Origin: Eledone cirrhosa
Taxonomy: Eukaryota
Length of the DNA stretch: 64,000 bases
Assembly (NCBI GenBank): GCA_964016885.1
Contig: OZ024740.1
Span: 114,142,001 to 114,206,000 of the forward strand
Direction: 5' to 3'
Shown: positions 39,314-53,726 of the stretch, piece after piece
How positions within the stretch are numbered: the first letter of the stretch is position 1
Layout: each line of letters begins with the position of its first letter
Made by a program: the position numbers and the translations under genes
The notes under the pieces: generated by a model
The model's input: only the letters and a program-made list of their open reading frames with translations
Databases searched by the model: none
What the model was told of the DNA's origin: nothing

Positions 39314-40320
39314 GTCAGAAGCAACGGTCTTCAATTAATCCGGCTGCATTGCCAGGCGAAACCCAATAATGTTAAGCATGTTAACCATCTATCTTGCTGG
39401 TTGCCTATCTGTGGATCTCCTGCAAGTTGGTTTTACCTGTAAAATCGGACCAACGTTTCTTTTCTTAGATATTCTAACATGTACATGGTCGAGAGACACA
39501 CTAATTCCGAGCTATGCACTCGATTAACTTTACTCCACCTACTTTTCAAGGAATCTCATTTTGGCCGCTTGTATTCTCGATCGAATTCTTTCGATCATTT
39601 CCAAAGATGCATGACCTTAAATAAGGTTTGACACGAACGCCGAATTGAAGATAGCGAGTTTTGTTTTACATCTACTCCTACCCATTTCTCTTGATAATGA
39701 AGTCAGGTGGCTGGCGTATTGATGCATCAGCTCCACCAATTAGAGCATTTAATGTAGTCTCCTACATCCATCACTCGTGAAAATGGTCCCAAGTTATTTG
39801 AACTTCTCCACCACCTTCACTGGAACATTTACCCATATGCAGTGGGCACTGAACGGGATTGCTTGAAGAGACGAGTGTCTCAGTCTTGGTATCACAGATA
39901 TGAGGCAGTCAGCAGCAAACCTATCAAATGCATGCCAAAGATCAGCTTCTTATTTAATTAAGTAATAAATTTCGTCTGCAAATTGCAGCCGACAGATCCT
40001 ACAACACCATTGCTAATAGTAATTCCAACCCGGCTGTAAATTTCGATTCTATTCAGGAAGAATATGAACAGATTGACTGAGCTGCGTTCGGAGCAAAATC
40101 CACACTGTTCATCAACTAGCTTGGACTCGACAATCGCCATACATCTCTTTGCCAGACACATAGTTTTGTCGTAAAACAATACTGTCTATGGAATACATCT
40201 GCTCTTCTGTAGATTCTACACATCTTTTTCCATGTTCCCCATGCATAAAGTGCCGTTGGCACAGTAATTGATATATACAGACAGAGCCTTGTCTCTTTGT
40301 TCATAGAGAAATTGAGCGAA
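39314..40320 (-). mobile_element. Old RTE-clade LINE remnant(s)
   Basis: Minus-strand peptides VESKLVDEQCGF, GHASLEMIERIRSRIQAAKMRFLEK and LYAWGTW match RTE RT motifs. Confidence 0.7.
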
Positions 40321-41607
40321 ACAGTCTTCATCTTAAAAACAACTACAATTTTAACAAGTCTCTTTTCCACACTAGTTCCTGAGTCGCTATTATTATATGA
40401 GGGAACAATGCCCATGTCGAGTGAAAGCCTTCCCCGAATGGAAACCAGGAGAGGATGCAAGAAGCAAATCAAGCAGACCACGACTTGAGTGATCTCTGTG
40501 GAGGAAGACCTGACAGACATTGACCTAGGCCGTGACATGGCTTTGTGATCGGGAGAACTGGAAAAACCCCGTCGCACGATGCTCAGTAGGAAATAAAATG
40601 TGCTAATGAATATGTAAAACTTTATATGATGACATTTGAATCAAGTCTTTTAAATTTAAGACAAACATTTATACCAAGAATATCTTACGTAGCCTTTTGA
40701 AAAACAGCTAAGAATACTGCGTATTTACATAGCCAGTAAAATCATGTGAGCGTAATATACATCATTAATATATAATATATCTGTTCAGCCTATGAACGTT
40801 GCGTAAAATCAATAAAATGTTAAATACGGAAAGAAAACATATATCTTCAAAGTTTAAGTTCTGAAGAACATGGAGTACCCCTCTCTATCCTGGATGGTTG
40901 CTTGAAAGCTCCTCAATTCGATTCAATTAGTATAATTTCTGTGCTATTGCATTTGATCGTCTGATACTGTCAAAAAGCTCTCAAACACCAGTTTGCATTA
41001 CAGATGAAAGCTAATGTAATGTAAACTAATAATAGAGAGCGTGTTACTGCAACTTTAACATTGTATAAAATAAACATAAGCAAACAATGCCGTGTTTGTG
41101 TTTACTATTAATATAAGCTGGAAAATATAGCAATAGATATATAACAAATAAAATTATTATTACCTCAATCAATCTTTACATTAAAAAAAAAACGATTTGT
41201 TTTGTGATTATAATGTCTGAAAGAAATGATGTATCAAATGTAGAAATAACTTTTCATCTAAATATATTAAAAGCGCTCTACTGTATCTCAACTTATGTAA
41301 ACATGAAATAATATCGATACTGAAAATTGAAGGAAGATAACAGACCGCATTGCAGTTAGTTATCGTGGAAGATTCTGAACTTTGAAATGACTATATTGAA
41401 AATCACATATTAATAAATTTATGATTATTATTGTAAATAACGCAATTATAAAACGCAATTAATAACGCAATTATAAAAAAGAACAGCTGGATAGCACGAA
41501 TAGCATAGCCCTAGTTAAAATATGTTGCAGTATTTAGTGTATTGATTGTGTTTTCTAAATCCAAATCCTGCTGCCGTCATTCATGCCATTCATTCAGTAG
41601 GGTGCCT

Positions 41608-41713
41608 ATGAAATGGTTTAACATTTTTATAGTTGTTTATATTAGTTGTGAAGTATTCGCAGCTCTCAGCAGATGTTTCGATGATATGTTAGCCAGTTCG
41701 TCAGTGACAGGAG
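41608..41713 (+). CDS. Candidate first coding exon of a secreted protein (signal peptide)
   Basis: MKWFNIFIVVYISCEVFAALSRCFDDMLASSSVTG followed by a strong phase-1 donor ag|gtaaga; basic, hydrophobic, VFA signal-peptide layout; TATAAAA about 135 bp upstream; lies in unique sequence. Confidence 0.6.
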
Positions 41714-42356
41714 GTAAGATTCGAATTTAGAATGCACATATCTGAAATAATTACCACAAGGCATTCCATCTGACGTTCTAGTAATTCTATCTAGGATTTA
41801 TAATGTATACACCAAACACTTAAGGAAAATTTTACTTCTGCAGAACTTGAAGTTAGAGAGCAAAGTTCCGGAAAAATACTGTTATAGCTAACAAGTTGTT
41901 TGTTTCTAACTGGCTGTTTTTAATGTAATATTAAATTAATTTTGTTATTAGATTTGAATGTTTTCAATGCTATTTAATTGAAAACGCCATTAGGGAAGAG
42001 ACTTAATTCTTGAACTCTAATTATATTGTACACACACTCTATATTTTCAATTGTTTCTAAACGCTCGGCTCACACACACACATACAACCCCCCCCCCCCC
42101 CCACCACCACACACACACATATATATATGTACAATAAGATAAGAACAAAACAATGAAGTTTCGTTTACATATATTTATGCTTTTATAAATGTATGGAACT
42201 GTTATGCATTCTTCGCGGAGGATTAGCTCATGGTCACCTATGGAAGTTATAGACCCGACTCTCGTATCGAATTGCTCATTGGATTAGTGATTCAACAGAA
42301 GATAAAGTGCTTTTGTTATTATATACATTATGCGAGTGCATAGAGTGTTTAGGTTT

Positions 42357-42477
<121 letters not shown>

Positions 42478-45400
42478 GTCCTGGGTATGACATTAAACTA
42501 CATCCAGTGGCAAGGCTCCAGTTCGGGAGTTCAGGAGATGTGGGGAATGTGGAGTTACCCCTTAGTTGTCATGACTCCCAGGTCTGCCCTGGTCCGGGGT
42601 GGTAGTACCTGTTAGGGCTCCATTTATGGGTTAAATAACTACCTTATTCGAGTGGCGCCGGTAAGGTATTGTCAGCCATTGAAAAGAAATATGGAGAGTC
42701 GATCTAACAGCACTAGGGTTAGAGCCCCTAATTACACTGTCAAGGAGCAGCCTGGTCGTTATGACTCTGCTGGCTTAGAGCCACAGTGAGGGCCAGTGGA
42801 TGATGGATCAGCTGTCTCTGAGACAAATATAAAGAATGCAGTTTTGTCCTGCAGAAGAGCCATCAAAATGGGCACTTTGAATGTGAGGACTATTCGAACG
42901 CTGGAGAAGCGAGAGGAGTTGGGACATCTGTTCGAGGAGAGTGGTATACAGATACTTGCGATCCAAGAACACAGGATTCTACACGATGAGCCCGTGAGGA
43001 GTGTGATGATCGGGAAGAGGAGCTAGCTCATCACTACATCGGCAGTGAAGAACACAACAAATGCTGCAGTAGGAGGAGTGGGTTTTGTGTTCAGTGCAAA
43101 AACCAATCTGTTGGTGAGGGAAATAATGCCTATCTCCCTGCGAGTGTTGAGGGTGACCTTCAATGGAAACCCAAGACTGACAGTCATCTCAGCCTATAGT
43201 CCAACCGAGGGGGACAGTGATGTGAATGCCGAGGAGTTCCATGAGGAGGTGTGTAGAGCTGTCAACACCACTCAGGCACACAATATCCTGCTTGTTTTGG
43301 GGGACTTCAATGCACATCTGAGTAAGGAGGGCAGTGAAGATCCTTGCTGGTACTTCCATAACAACACCAACCGAAATGGAAGACTACTGAGAGACACCCT
43401 GCTGGAGTCGAACTTGATGGCGACCAACCTAAGGTTTAGGAAGAATCTGGGGAAGATGTGGACCTACATCTCAGATATGCACCTGTCCAAGTCCCAGATT
43501 GATTTCATTCTGGTGAGGAAATAGTGGCGGAATAGTGTTCTGAACACGGAACCATACAGCTATTTCAGTACACTGGGTAGTGACCACCGGCTTGTTATGA
43601 GTGAGGTCCGCGTGAGCTTAAGAAAGAGCAAGGCTCAGCCCCGGAGAACAATCTATGACTGGGGAGCTTTCAAGGAAGATGATAAGCTACAGGAGAGGTT
43701 CACAGTGGAAGTGAGAAACAGGTTTAGTGCTCTGTGTGGAGAGTCAGAGGAGAGAGAGATTGGATGGACTGAGGAGAGTGTGACGAGGAGGTACGGGCAC
43801 TTCACCAATGCAGTGGCGAAAGCAAGTGAAACCCTGGTGCCGAGGAAAAAGAACAAAGGGAAGCACGTCAGCTCTGCAAACCCAAAAGTGTGTGCAGCCA
43901 GAGAACACCTGAAAGCTGCCAGGGACCAATTCTATGCTGATCCTACGCAGGAGAGGATGGAGACTGTGGAGGTGATGAGGGAAGAGCTCTGTACCGCTTA
44001 CACTGAGGTCAGAGAGGAGGCACTGATAGAGAAGATCAGAAGTGTGGAGAGAGCGGTTGACAGATCTGGATGTAAGGAGAGCTGGATGATCATCAGCGAG
44101 ATCACAGGGAGGAAGAAAAGGTGTTCGAGTCAGATCCAGGGAACGGGGCCCGAGGATAGGAAGAGGAAATGGCTAGACCATTTTAGGACCCTACTAGGAG
44201 AGCCACCCTCCACAGCACAGAGCACTGGGGAGATCAGGCGGCTGTTTGAGGAACTGGATGTTGAGACAGAGCCCTTCACCAGAGAGGAGCTTCAGAGAGC
44301 CAAGAAGAAGATCAAGGAGGGCAAGGCTCATGGAGAAGATGGAGTGGCATCAGAGGTGATGAAGAGGTGTGATTTTGATGATATCATCCTGGGGTTCTGT
44401 AACGGGGCACTGGAGAAAGGAGTTGCCCCGAATCAGTGGCGGATCAGTAACATCGTCCCAGTGCCAAAGAAGGGAGATCTCTCTAACACCAACAACTACC
44501 GGGGGATCTCACTGACGTCACTTGTGGCAAAGACCCTCAACAGGATGATTCTTAACAGGATCCAGCCTGAGATGGAGAAGAAGCTCAGGGACAACCAGAA
44601 CGGCTTCAGAGAGGGTAGATCAACCACCAGTCACATCCTGATAATGAGGAGGATATTAGAGGGAGCTAGAGCAAAGTGCCTTCCTGCGGTCATGGTTTTC
44701 ATTGACTTTAGGAAGGCCTTTTATTCTGTGGACCGTTACTGCCTGATGAAGATCTTACAGGCTTATGGAATCCCCAAGAGGATAGTGGACCTGATATCAC
44801 TGCTCTACACCAACACCAAAGCCCAAGTCATTACACCTGATGGGATGACAGAGTTCTTTGAGATACTGGCTGGAGTGCTCCAGGGAGATACATTGGCTCC
44901 CTACCTTTTTATCATCGTAGTGGACTATTGTATGCGCCTTGCACTGGAGAAACACCAGGATTCTGGCTTTACTGTAGCACCGGCTCAGAGCAGGAGAGTT
45001 GGGGCGAAAAAGGTATCGGATGCTGAATTTGCCGACGACATAGTTTTGGTGACAAATACAGTGAAGGAGGCAGAGGATTTGATGCGGGAGGTTGAGACTG
45101 TGTCGATGAGTGTGGAGCTGAGAATGAATGAGACTAAAACAAAATATCTGGTAGAGAATGTTGAGAAGCCAGAGGGGATCACTAATGTAGGCGGGAAGCC
45201 GCTGGAATTGGTTGAGGACTTCCTGTATTTGGGAGCAAAGATTGGGAATACAGAAGATGATGTGGTTGAGAGGAAGAGCAAGGCCTGGGCGGCGTGTCAC
45301 AGCTTGAGATCGGTGTGGAAGTCGGACCTTCGTAGAGACCTGAAAATCCGCCTCTTCATTTCTGTAGTGGAGTCTGTGCTGCTGTATGGGTCTGAGACTT

Positions 45401-45786
45401 GGACACTGACCAAGAGACTCACTCAGATGGTGGATGGGTGCTACACGAGAATGCTGAGGATGGCTCTGAACATTAATCAGTATACACTGAGGATGAAAAA
45501 CTCAGAGCTGTATGGGAGCATCCCAAAAGTCAGCTCAAAAGTGACACAGAGGAGACTGAGGTTGGTCGGACATGCTCACCGACATCCAGAGTTGACATTG
45601 CACTCAGTGCTCCTTTGGGAGCCCCTACATGGACACACTAGAAGAGGAAGACCAAGGTTAACATATGTTGATGCCCTAAGGACAGACACTGGTCTGTTGG
45701 AGATGCAGGATATGGCAGCGATAATGAGGGACAGAGACCGCTGGAGAGAATTCGTCCATGGATCTCGGGAATTTTACCCGCCTTAG
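42478..45786 (+). mobile_element. Near-full-length RTE-clade LINE inserted in (TA)n
   Basis: About 210-bp GC-richer 5' UTR, a single long frame, and a stop followed directly by GATATA/(TA)n; (TA)n on both sides. Confidence 0.95.
42691..45786 (+). pseudogene. RTE ORF (APE endonuclease + RT, ~1031 codons) with 3 in-frame stops and no frameshift
   Basis: GTLNVRT, QEHR, SAYSPT, GDFNA, IDFIL, SDH, NYRGISL, QNGFR, GVLQGDTLAP, FADDIVL, LLYGSETW, GRPR; stops at 42787, 43024 and 43522 are all in the same frame. Confidence 0.93.
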
Positions 45787-45792
45787 ATATAG

Positions 45793-45861
<69 letters not shown>

Positions 45862-46690
45862 TGTACATACATGTGTGTGTGCATATATATATATATATGT
45901 GAGTGTGTGTGTGTGTGTGTGTGTTTGCGTGTGTGTGTGTCTGTATGTGTGTCTGTGTGTCTGTGTGTTTTGATGCATATTACACCTCTTTCGCTAAGTA
46001 TCAAACATGCTTCAAATCTAACTACGATTACATCGCTAATAGATAATATTTTTGTTATTACAAGTGAGCCAACCGACATACGTTATAGTACTCAAGCGTA
46101 TATCTTATATAGTCATTATATATTATATATATTATACATTAATTTTTCGTAATCAAACAAAACCTTATAGCATGTGTCGAAGTGAAATTTCTATTACCTT
46201 AGTAATATATACACATCTTTATTGACCTTTGTCACGATTACATGCAATTTTTCTATCAAACTAGCGTCATATTTGAAATTATATGGAAATGTTTCACCGC
46301 TGATTTTCAATCTTTCAACGTATGAAACTACGTTAAAACGATCGACGTGACACCCATTATTTTACGATATGACAAAAGGTTTTGAAAGGTTAAAAAATGT
46401 ATGATCAAGGAAAGCTATTGTTCATTGTTCAAAACAAAACACAACATTGTTTAAATATCTTAATTGATCACTGTCGTGTGTTTCATAAAACATGCTTCAA
46501 AGAAAATCTGTTCACAATTGTACACACGCACATACGTGGATATATATACGTCAATACTCATATTTTTCCATTTATCTGAGGGTTTTAAACCCCATTATGA
46601 GACTAAAAAATTTCTTTACTCAAAATACAGTGAAAGCTATTCTATTTTCTAATTCCAAACCTGCTTACTGTCTCAAAACATACTTACTTG

Positions 46691-46732
<42 letters not shown>

Positions 46733-46921
46733 AGGGAGTAAGGTTCTATACAAAACAGGGGTTATAGAGAAAAGGTGGAATTTGAAATAGCACGGAAAAT
46801 ATATTTAAGGATCTGTTTAACCTTTTTTCTTCTTTGATTCGTCACAGGGACATTATCGAACAAAATGAGAGGAACAATTCTTTTTTTAAAAAGGAGTTAT
46901 ATAATGTATATAAGATATTTA

Positions 46922-46970
46922 AAATATAACCGGTTTCGATGTATCAGTGTGAACCATCTTATCAAATGTT
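46922..46970 (-). ncRNA. Hammerhead motif with U3-A8 core variant
   Basis: AACAT-TTGATAA-GATG[13 nt]CATC-GAA-ACCGGT-T-ATATT; palindromic stem III. Confidence 0.55.
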
Positions 46971-47589
46971 GAATATTACAATTAAAAAGAATAAAACAAA
47001 AAAAAAATAAATAAAAAGTTTAAAATTTAATATTAAGTGTTGAAAAGGTCTGTTCCTCTTTCTTGTGAAGATTGGGTCTACAATGGAGTGTTATATATAG
47101 AGAGAGAGGTAGCCATAGAAGCAGTAGTAGAAGTAGTGTTGGTAGTTGTGTTTTTTCATAGAACAAAATAATTTTTAGAAATAGTCTCAATTGTGTTAAA
47201 GTATTAGTCAAAAGTTCAGACAGGGGTGGCGAAGGGGGGGGGGGGATGTAAGCTAGAGACAATTTCTATAGGGGAGAGAGATAAATGAGGGAGGCAAGTG
47301 GGATTGTCAAAATAAATTCTATTTTAGGAATATTATTTTAGAGATTATGACTGTATGTGTGAGTGTGTATATACACATGTGTGTGTGCATGTGTGTGTGT
47401 GTGTGTGTCTTATTGTAAGTGTCAAGGGATCAAAGCTGATAGGAATATTTTGGGGGACACATGTTTATACATATATATATTTGTTTGTTTTTGTAGTGTG
47501 GTGTGTGTGCTTTAGTTTGTTTGTCACAGGTCATTTATGGTGGAAAATAAGAAAAATAAGCAAAACACGCAAATTTTCATCAACTTAAC

Positions 47590-47875
47590 AATCCAAAGCA
47601 CAGAACCATGAATAATACCTTACCATATGAATCCACCTTCAACCCCAGAAACACCTAAAAACAAAACTCTCCATTCTATTTAAAGATGAAAATATAAAAA
47701 AAAATCCTAGAAACACACAAGATCATTAAAAGTAAAGGGCAACCCAAATCACTAAAACGTATTCTCATTGGAACAAATATACAGAAAACAATTTCCAACT
47801 TTACGGTAACAAAATGCGGAAGAACAAACAGTGGCACATGCCTAAACTTAATTGAAGGACAAAAATTCATGTTCT
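47590..47875 (+). pseudogene. Neptune-like PLE fragment (RT C-terminus and Cys linker)
   Basis: LPYESTFNPRN..KIIKSKGQPKSLKRIL..VTKCGRTNSGTCLNLIEGQKF; preceded by an oppositely oriented UTR carrying the HHR at 46922. Confidence 0.65.
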
Positions 47876-48303
47876 CTTCGTTCTCAAATATTTTGGTGAC
47901 ACTATCTTTTAACCGCCACCGATATCTCACAGCAACCAAGGTTAAAGCGTCCATACGTACAACCTGCCAGAATCTTAGTATTGTTTACTTAACGAAAATT
48001 AAAATGCTATTGATCTGTTTTATAGGCATGGCATTGTTCCATTCGCTGTCTGTAGATTTACACCATATTTTCATAACGACTCAGTGCCTATACATAGGGA
48101 AAATATCCAACATGCTTTAATATCGACCATACTACATAAACCTATAATCCTATTTCTACATATAATAGAGAAATATCTATAGGGCTTACGTATATATTCG
48201 AGTTAATATTGGTTTACTCTGAATTATAATTGCATTCTTTACACTCATGATACATATACGAATGCATATATATATCTAAATACATATATATATATATATA
48301 TAT

Positions 48304-49045
48304 ATACAATATGTTGAAAAGGTAACACACCAGAGGGAGATATACAGTGCGTTATCAATAATACAGGGAAAAAACCCACCAGTGTATGGAATCTATAACC
48401 TATGAAATGCAGACTATAGACACGATAATTAAAAATATAAATTAAAGCGTAAATAAATACCTCTATAAGTATATAGCACATTATTTACAGGGAATAGCGA
48501 GGGCCTATGCCTCCGTTAATATATCGTGATGTTTCGCTCCTAATAACAGTATTTCCTATCTCTGTTTAGTTGTGCAAACTTCTCTGAGTGGCTTTGGGCT
48601 GCCCTTTCTAGCAGTTCGTCCCTCAGAGGCCAATGGTTCACTGCTCTTAAACATGCTGTGACTTCTCTCTCCCACGTGTATCTGGACAGTCAATTTTAAA
48701 ATTCTCTTAGTGTTGTCTGAAATGTATAGACATACACACGCTGATGAAACGAGACTAACCCATTTCTTTCAACAAATTATTGGTGAAACATATCTTTGGA
48801 TTTGTACGTGTGTTATATAGTTATAGAGGTATTTATTTACGCTTTAATTTATATTTTTAATTATCGTGTCTATAGTCTGCTTTTCATAGGTTATAGATTC
48901 CATACACTGGTGGTTTTTTCGCACTGTATGTCTCTCTGGTGTGTTACCTTTTCAACATATTGTATTTTAAAGAGCTCAGGATATCTTCTCCTTTGAGCAC
49001 ATTATTTACAGGGAATAGCGAGGGCCTATGCCTCCGTTAATTTAT

Positions 49046-49052
<7 letters not shown>
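48304..49052. repeat. Inverted plus direct rearranged repeat (PLE-pLTR-like)
   Basis: 48304-48480 is the inverse of about 48808-48964; 48476-48530 is repeated directly at 48996-49051. Confidence 0.8.
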
Positions 49053-49084
<32 letters not shown>

Positions 49085-49289
49085 TTACAATAATCAAAGT
49101 TCAGTTTAGATCATTTATTTGCTTACAATTGTTTTCTCAAAACCGAGGTTTGCATTGTTCGGAGCACCTATTTAGTGATCTATAACATACTTGACCTCCT
49201 TTTCAACACAAAAGACATATAAAAACATATGCATATATTGATCCACAGTGGGTTGACATCCATCATAATGATATAGCATGGCAATTTAC

Positions 49290-50565
<1,276 letters not shown>

Positions 50566-50799
50566 TAAAACAATATATCGTTAAATGTAATCCGATAAGA
50601 GGTAGTGAAACTACTTATAATGGATAGTTTAAGCGTACGGCGTTGTGTAACTCAACAAGAGTTTTACGTGGATGGCGAGTTAATGACTTCCTTTGTATTC
50701 CCATGTAAGTATATCTTGGAGTGATAAATTTGAAAAAGTGAAGTATAACATGGTCAACAGTACAAACAAGGAAATTTATTTACATACATACATACAACT

Positions 50800-50914
50800 A
50801 ATTAGTCTCTGACGAAATGATGTCGGTTGCATGTATTTTAAATTGAGTGCCACAACCTTCAGTGTTTAACAATTTCTAGACATCTCTATCATGGAAACAA
50901 ATTGTAAATAAATT
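50800..50914 (+). ncRNA. Degenerate long-stem-II hammerhead candidate
   Basis: CTGACGA (50809)...GAA-ACAAATTGT-A; nested pairings ATGAT/ATCAT, GATGTC/GACATC and GGTTG/CAACC; stem I is weak. Confidence 0.45.
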
Positions 50915-50970
50915 TCCTTGCTTGTACTGTTGAACATGTTATTCTTCACTTTTTCTATTATATATATATA

Positions 50971-52152
50971 TCCTCCTCGGCTTCCGACTACACTCCCCCC
51001 CCCCTCCGCTTCCTCCTCCACCCAACGTATCCTCACCCGATCCTCGCGCCTCCTAATGCGCACCTCCCTCCGCTCCACCCGCTCCACCATCCGCAAACTT
51101 GCCACCCTCTCCTCGCCCACTCCATCCTCCTTTCATCCAAACCCTCAACCACGAACTCTTCTCCTTCCTCACCTCCACCAAAGCCCTTACGCTACACTCA
51201 GTCCTCCCTACCACCCTCATCCCCCATCCCTATGACCCCCCACATCCATCCCACCCATCCCCACAACTCTACACCCCTTGTCTCCACCCTCCCCTCCCAC
51301 ATCTCCAACACCAACCACGCCCTTCGCCTATTCGACTCCTTCACCTTCCCAACCGGCCCACAACCCTTCCTCATCACCCTAGATATCAAGTCGCTTTATA
51401 CTGTCATCCCCCAGGCCGACGGCCTACGTACCCACAAGCACTACCTCGACCTTCCCCCTCCCCTCTCCCCTCCACGCCACCCTCCTTCGCCTCGCCGAGC
51501 GGGTCCTCACCCTCAACTGCTTCTCCTTCTCGGGTGAATTTTACCAACAGGTCACGGGGTAGCCATGGGCACAAGAATGGGCCCAAACTATGCCAACCTT
51601 TTCATTGGCCATGTTGACGCCCAAATATTTGCTCAGTAGACCGGCCCCACGCCCGAACTATACGGTCGTTACATCGACAACTGTATCGGAGCCATGACCC
51701 TCACCCGAGAACAGCTCGACTCCTTTCTCTCCTTCTTCTGCTCCTTCCACCCCTCCCTCCACTTCACTACCTCTATCTCCACCACCCACGTCCACTTTTT
51801 AGACATCTCCGTCGCCCTCGACCCCTCCCACCACTCCCTCGTCACCTCCGCCTTCTTCAAACCCACAGACTCCCACTCGTACCTCGACTTCACCTCTCCC
51901 ACCCTACACACACTAAACACTATATTCCCTACTCCCAACTCCTCAGGATCCGCCGCCTCTGCAGCCGAGATACTGACTTTGAGTCCCAGGCCCTTTCCCT
52001 AGTCGGCCATTTCATCCGCAGAGGTTAGCCGCTCCCTCGTCCACACCGCCCTCACACACGCCCGTACTGTCCACCGCTCCACCACGCTCACCCCACGCCA
52101 ACGCACACCAATCCACCGTCTCCCCTTTCCCATCACCTACCACCCCTCCAAC
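50971..52152 (+). mobile_element. C-rich PLE reverse-transcriptase fragment
   Basis: LITLDIKSLYTVIP, FYQQVTGVAMGTRMGPNYANLFIG, YGRYIDNCIG, FLDISV, FFKPTDSHSYL, ITYHP; frameshifts and stops. Confidence 0.88.
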
Positions 52153-52157
52153 CTATT

Positions 52158-53372
52158 CTCTACATTCCATGCACTATAACCATATTAACTATTTTTCAGA
52201 ACATTACTCCATTAACAATTTGCAATGTCCATAGAATTGAAAAGAAAATTCATAATAGAGAAGCATGAAAAAGGCCTGACTCCACCCAAGATATTTAAAC
52301 TGGGGAAAATTCTTAAGATCAATAGAATGTTGATCAAAAGGACAATCGATCGATTTAAGGAAACTTCCTCGATCAAAGACAGACCTCGATCCAGACGCCC
52401 TCGCACCTCAAGAACACCAAAACTCGTTAAAAGTGTGAGGGGAAAAAATAAGGCGTAATCCAAGAAGGTCCATGAGAAAAATGGCAGAAGAAACAGAAAC
52501 ATCGCCGAGAACTATGCGGAAATGATCTGGGGATGTCAACCTATAAGTTCCAAAAGGGGGAGCTTCTTTCTGCAGCCGCAATTGAAAAGAGGCTCTCCAG
52601 AAGTAAACTGTTATTGAGCTGTATCAAGGATGGCACGCTGCAAAACATCATCTTTACAGATGAGAAATTATTCACTGTGCAGCAGTCTCACAATCATCAA
52701 AATGATCGAGTACTTGCAAAAAGTCTCAAATCAATTCCTTCAAGTGTAGGAAAAGTGTTCAGAACACAGAAACCAGCATCGGTGATGATTTGGGCAGCTA
52801 TTTCTGAAAGAGGTAAGTCTCCTCTAATTGCTGTGACTCAAGGAGTTAAAATTAACAAAGAACTTTGCATAAAGGATATTTTGGAAGGAGCACTGATGCC
52901 ATGGTGCACATCTGTTTATGGCGATGACATTTGGACTCTCCAACAAGATGGAGCGACGAGCCACACTGCTTGCATAACACAACAGTGGTGTAGAGACCAT
53001 TGTCCTGCATGGATCAGTAAGGAAGAGTGGCCTCCCACATCACCAGATCTCAACCCTCTCGATTTTTCTTTATGGTCTATTCTAGAGAGTGAAACCTGCT
53101 CTACTCCTAGCCAAAATATTGAAACTCTAAAATCAAAACTGAATAAAGTATGGGAGAAAATACCCATGGAAACTGTTCGTGCAGTCATCGAAAACTTTCC
53201 TAGAAGACTTCCAGCGGTGGTGAGAGTTAGAGGAAAACATTTCGAATGCATTTTTGTGCAGTTGTTTAATAGTATATTACTTACTATTTGTTGAAGTCAG
53301 ATCTTGAAACAAATGTTTTTTCAAGAAGTATTTGCATTTTATTTTGTAACAGTTTTTATGCCCCACCCTGTA
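52158..53372 (+). mobile_element. Tc1/mariner DD37D (maT) transposon, frameshifted, left TIR missing
   Basis: HTH ORF 52225-52458 (DRPRSRRP); catalytic IFTDEK..QQDGATSH-..SPDLNPLD with 37 residues between the last two Asp; right end tttatgccccaccctg-TA. Confidence 0.9.
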
Positions 53373-53726
53373 TATATACATATATATATACACATATATA
53401 TATATATATATATATATATTTGTACGTATATGTATTGGAATGCATTTTCACGGGTTACCTGTACGATATTATGTAGTTCTCCAGTTCTATTCCTAGATGT
53501 TTCAATCTGTTGATTCATTCATACACACTTATATACATACATACACAGATATATACATACATACGTACATACATACATGCATATTTACATACGTATGTAT
53601 GTATATATATATACATACATATATATATACATATATATATAGTAATAATAATAAAAATGAAGACTAAAATCCAGAGAGGACTCGATAAGGAAAATATATA
53701 TCAAATATATAAGAACCGAAGAGCAA

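Noticed and set aside
42787-43524. In-frame stops in the RTE ORF as programmed readthrough, selenocysteine or editing sites
   Set aside because: One TGA and two TAG, each explicable by a single substitution; no SECIS evidence, so ordinary decay is simpler.
48510-48640. Possible HHR on the minus strand (GAAACATCACGAT; CTGAGGGA)
   Set aside because: No valid CUGANGA box with a pairing stem I.
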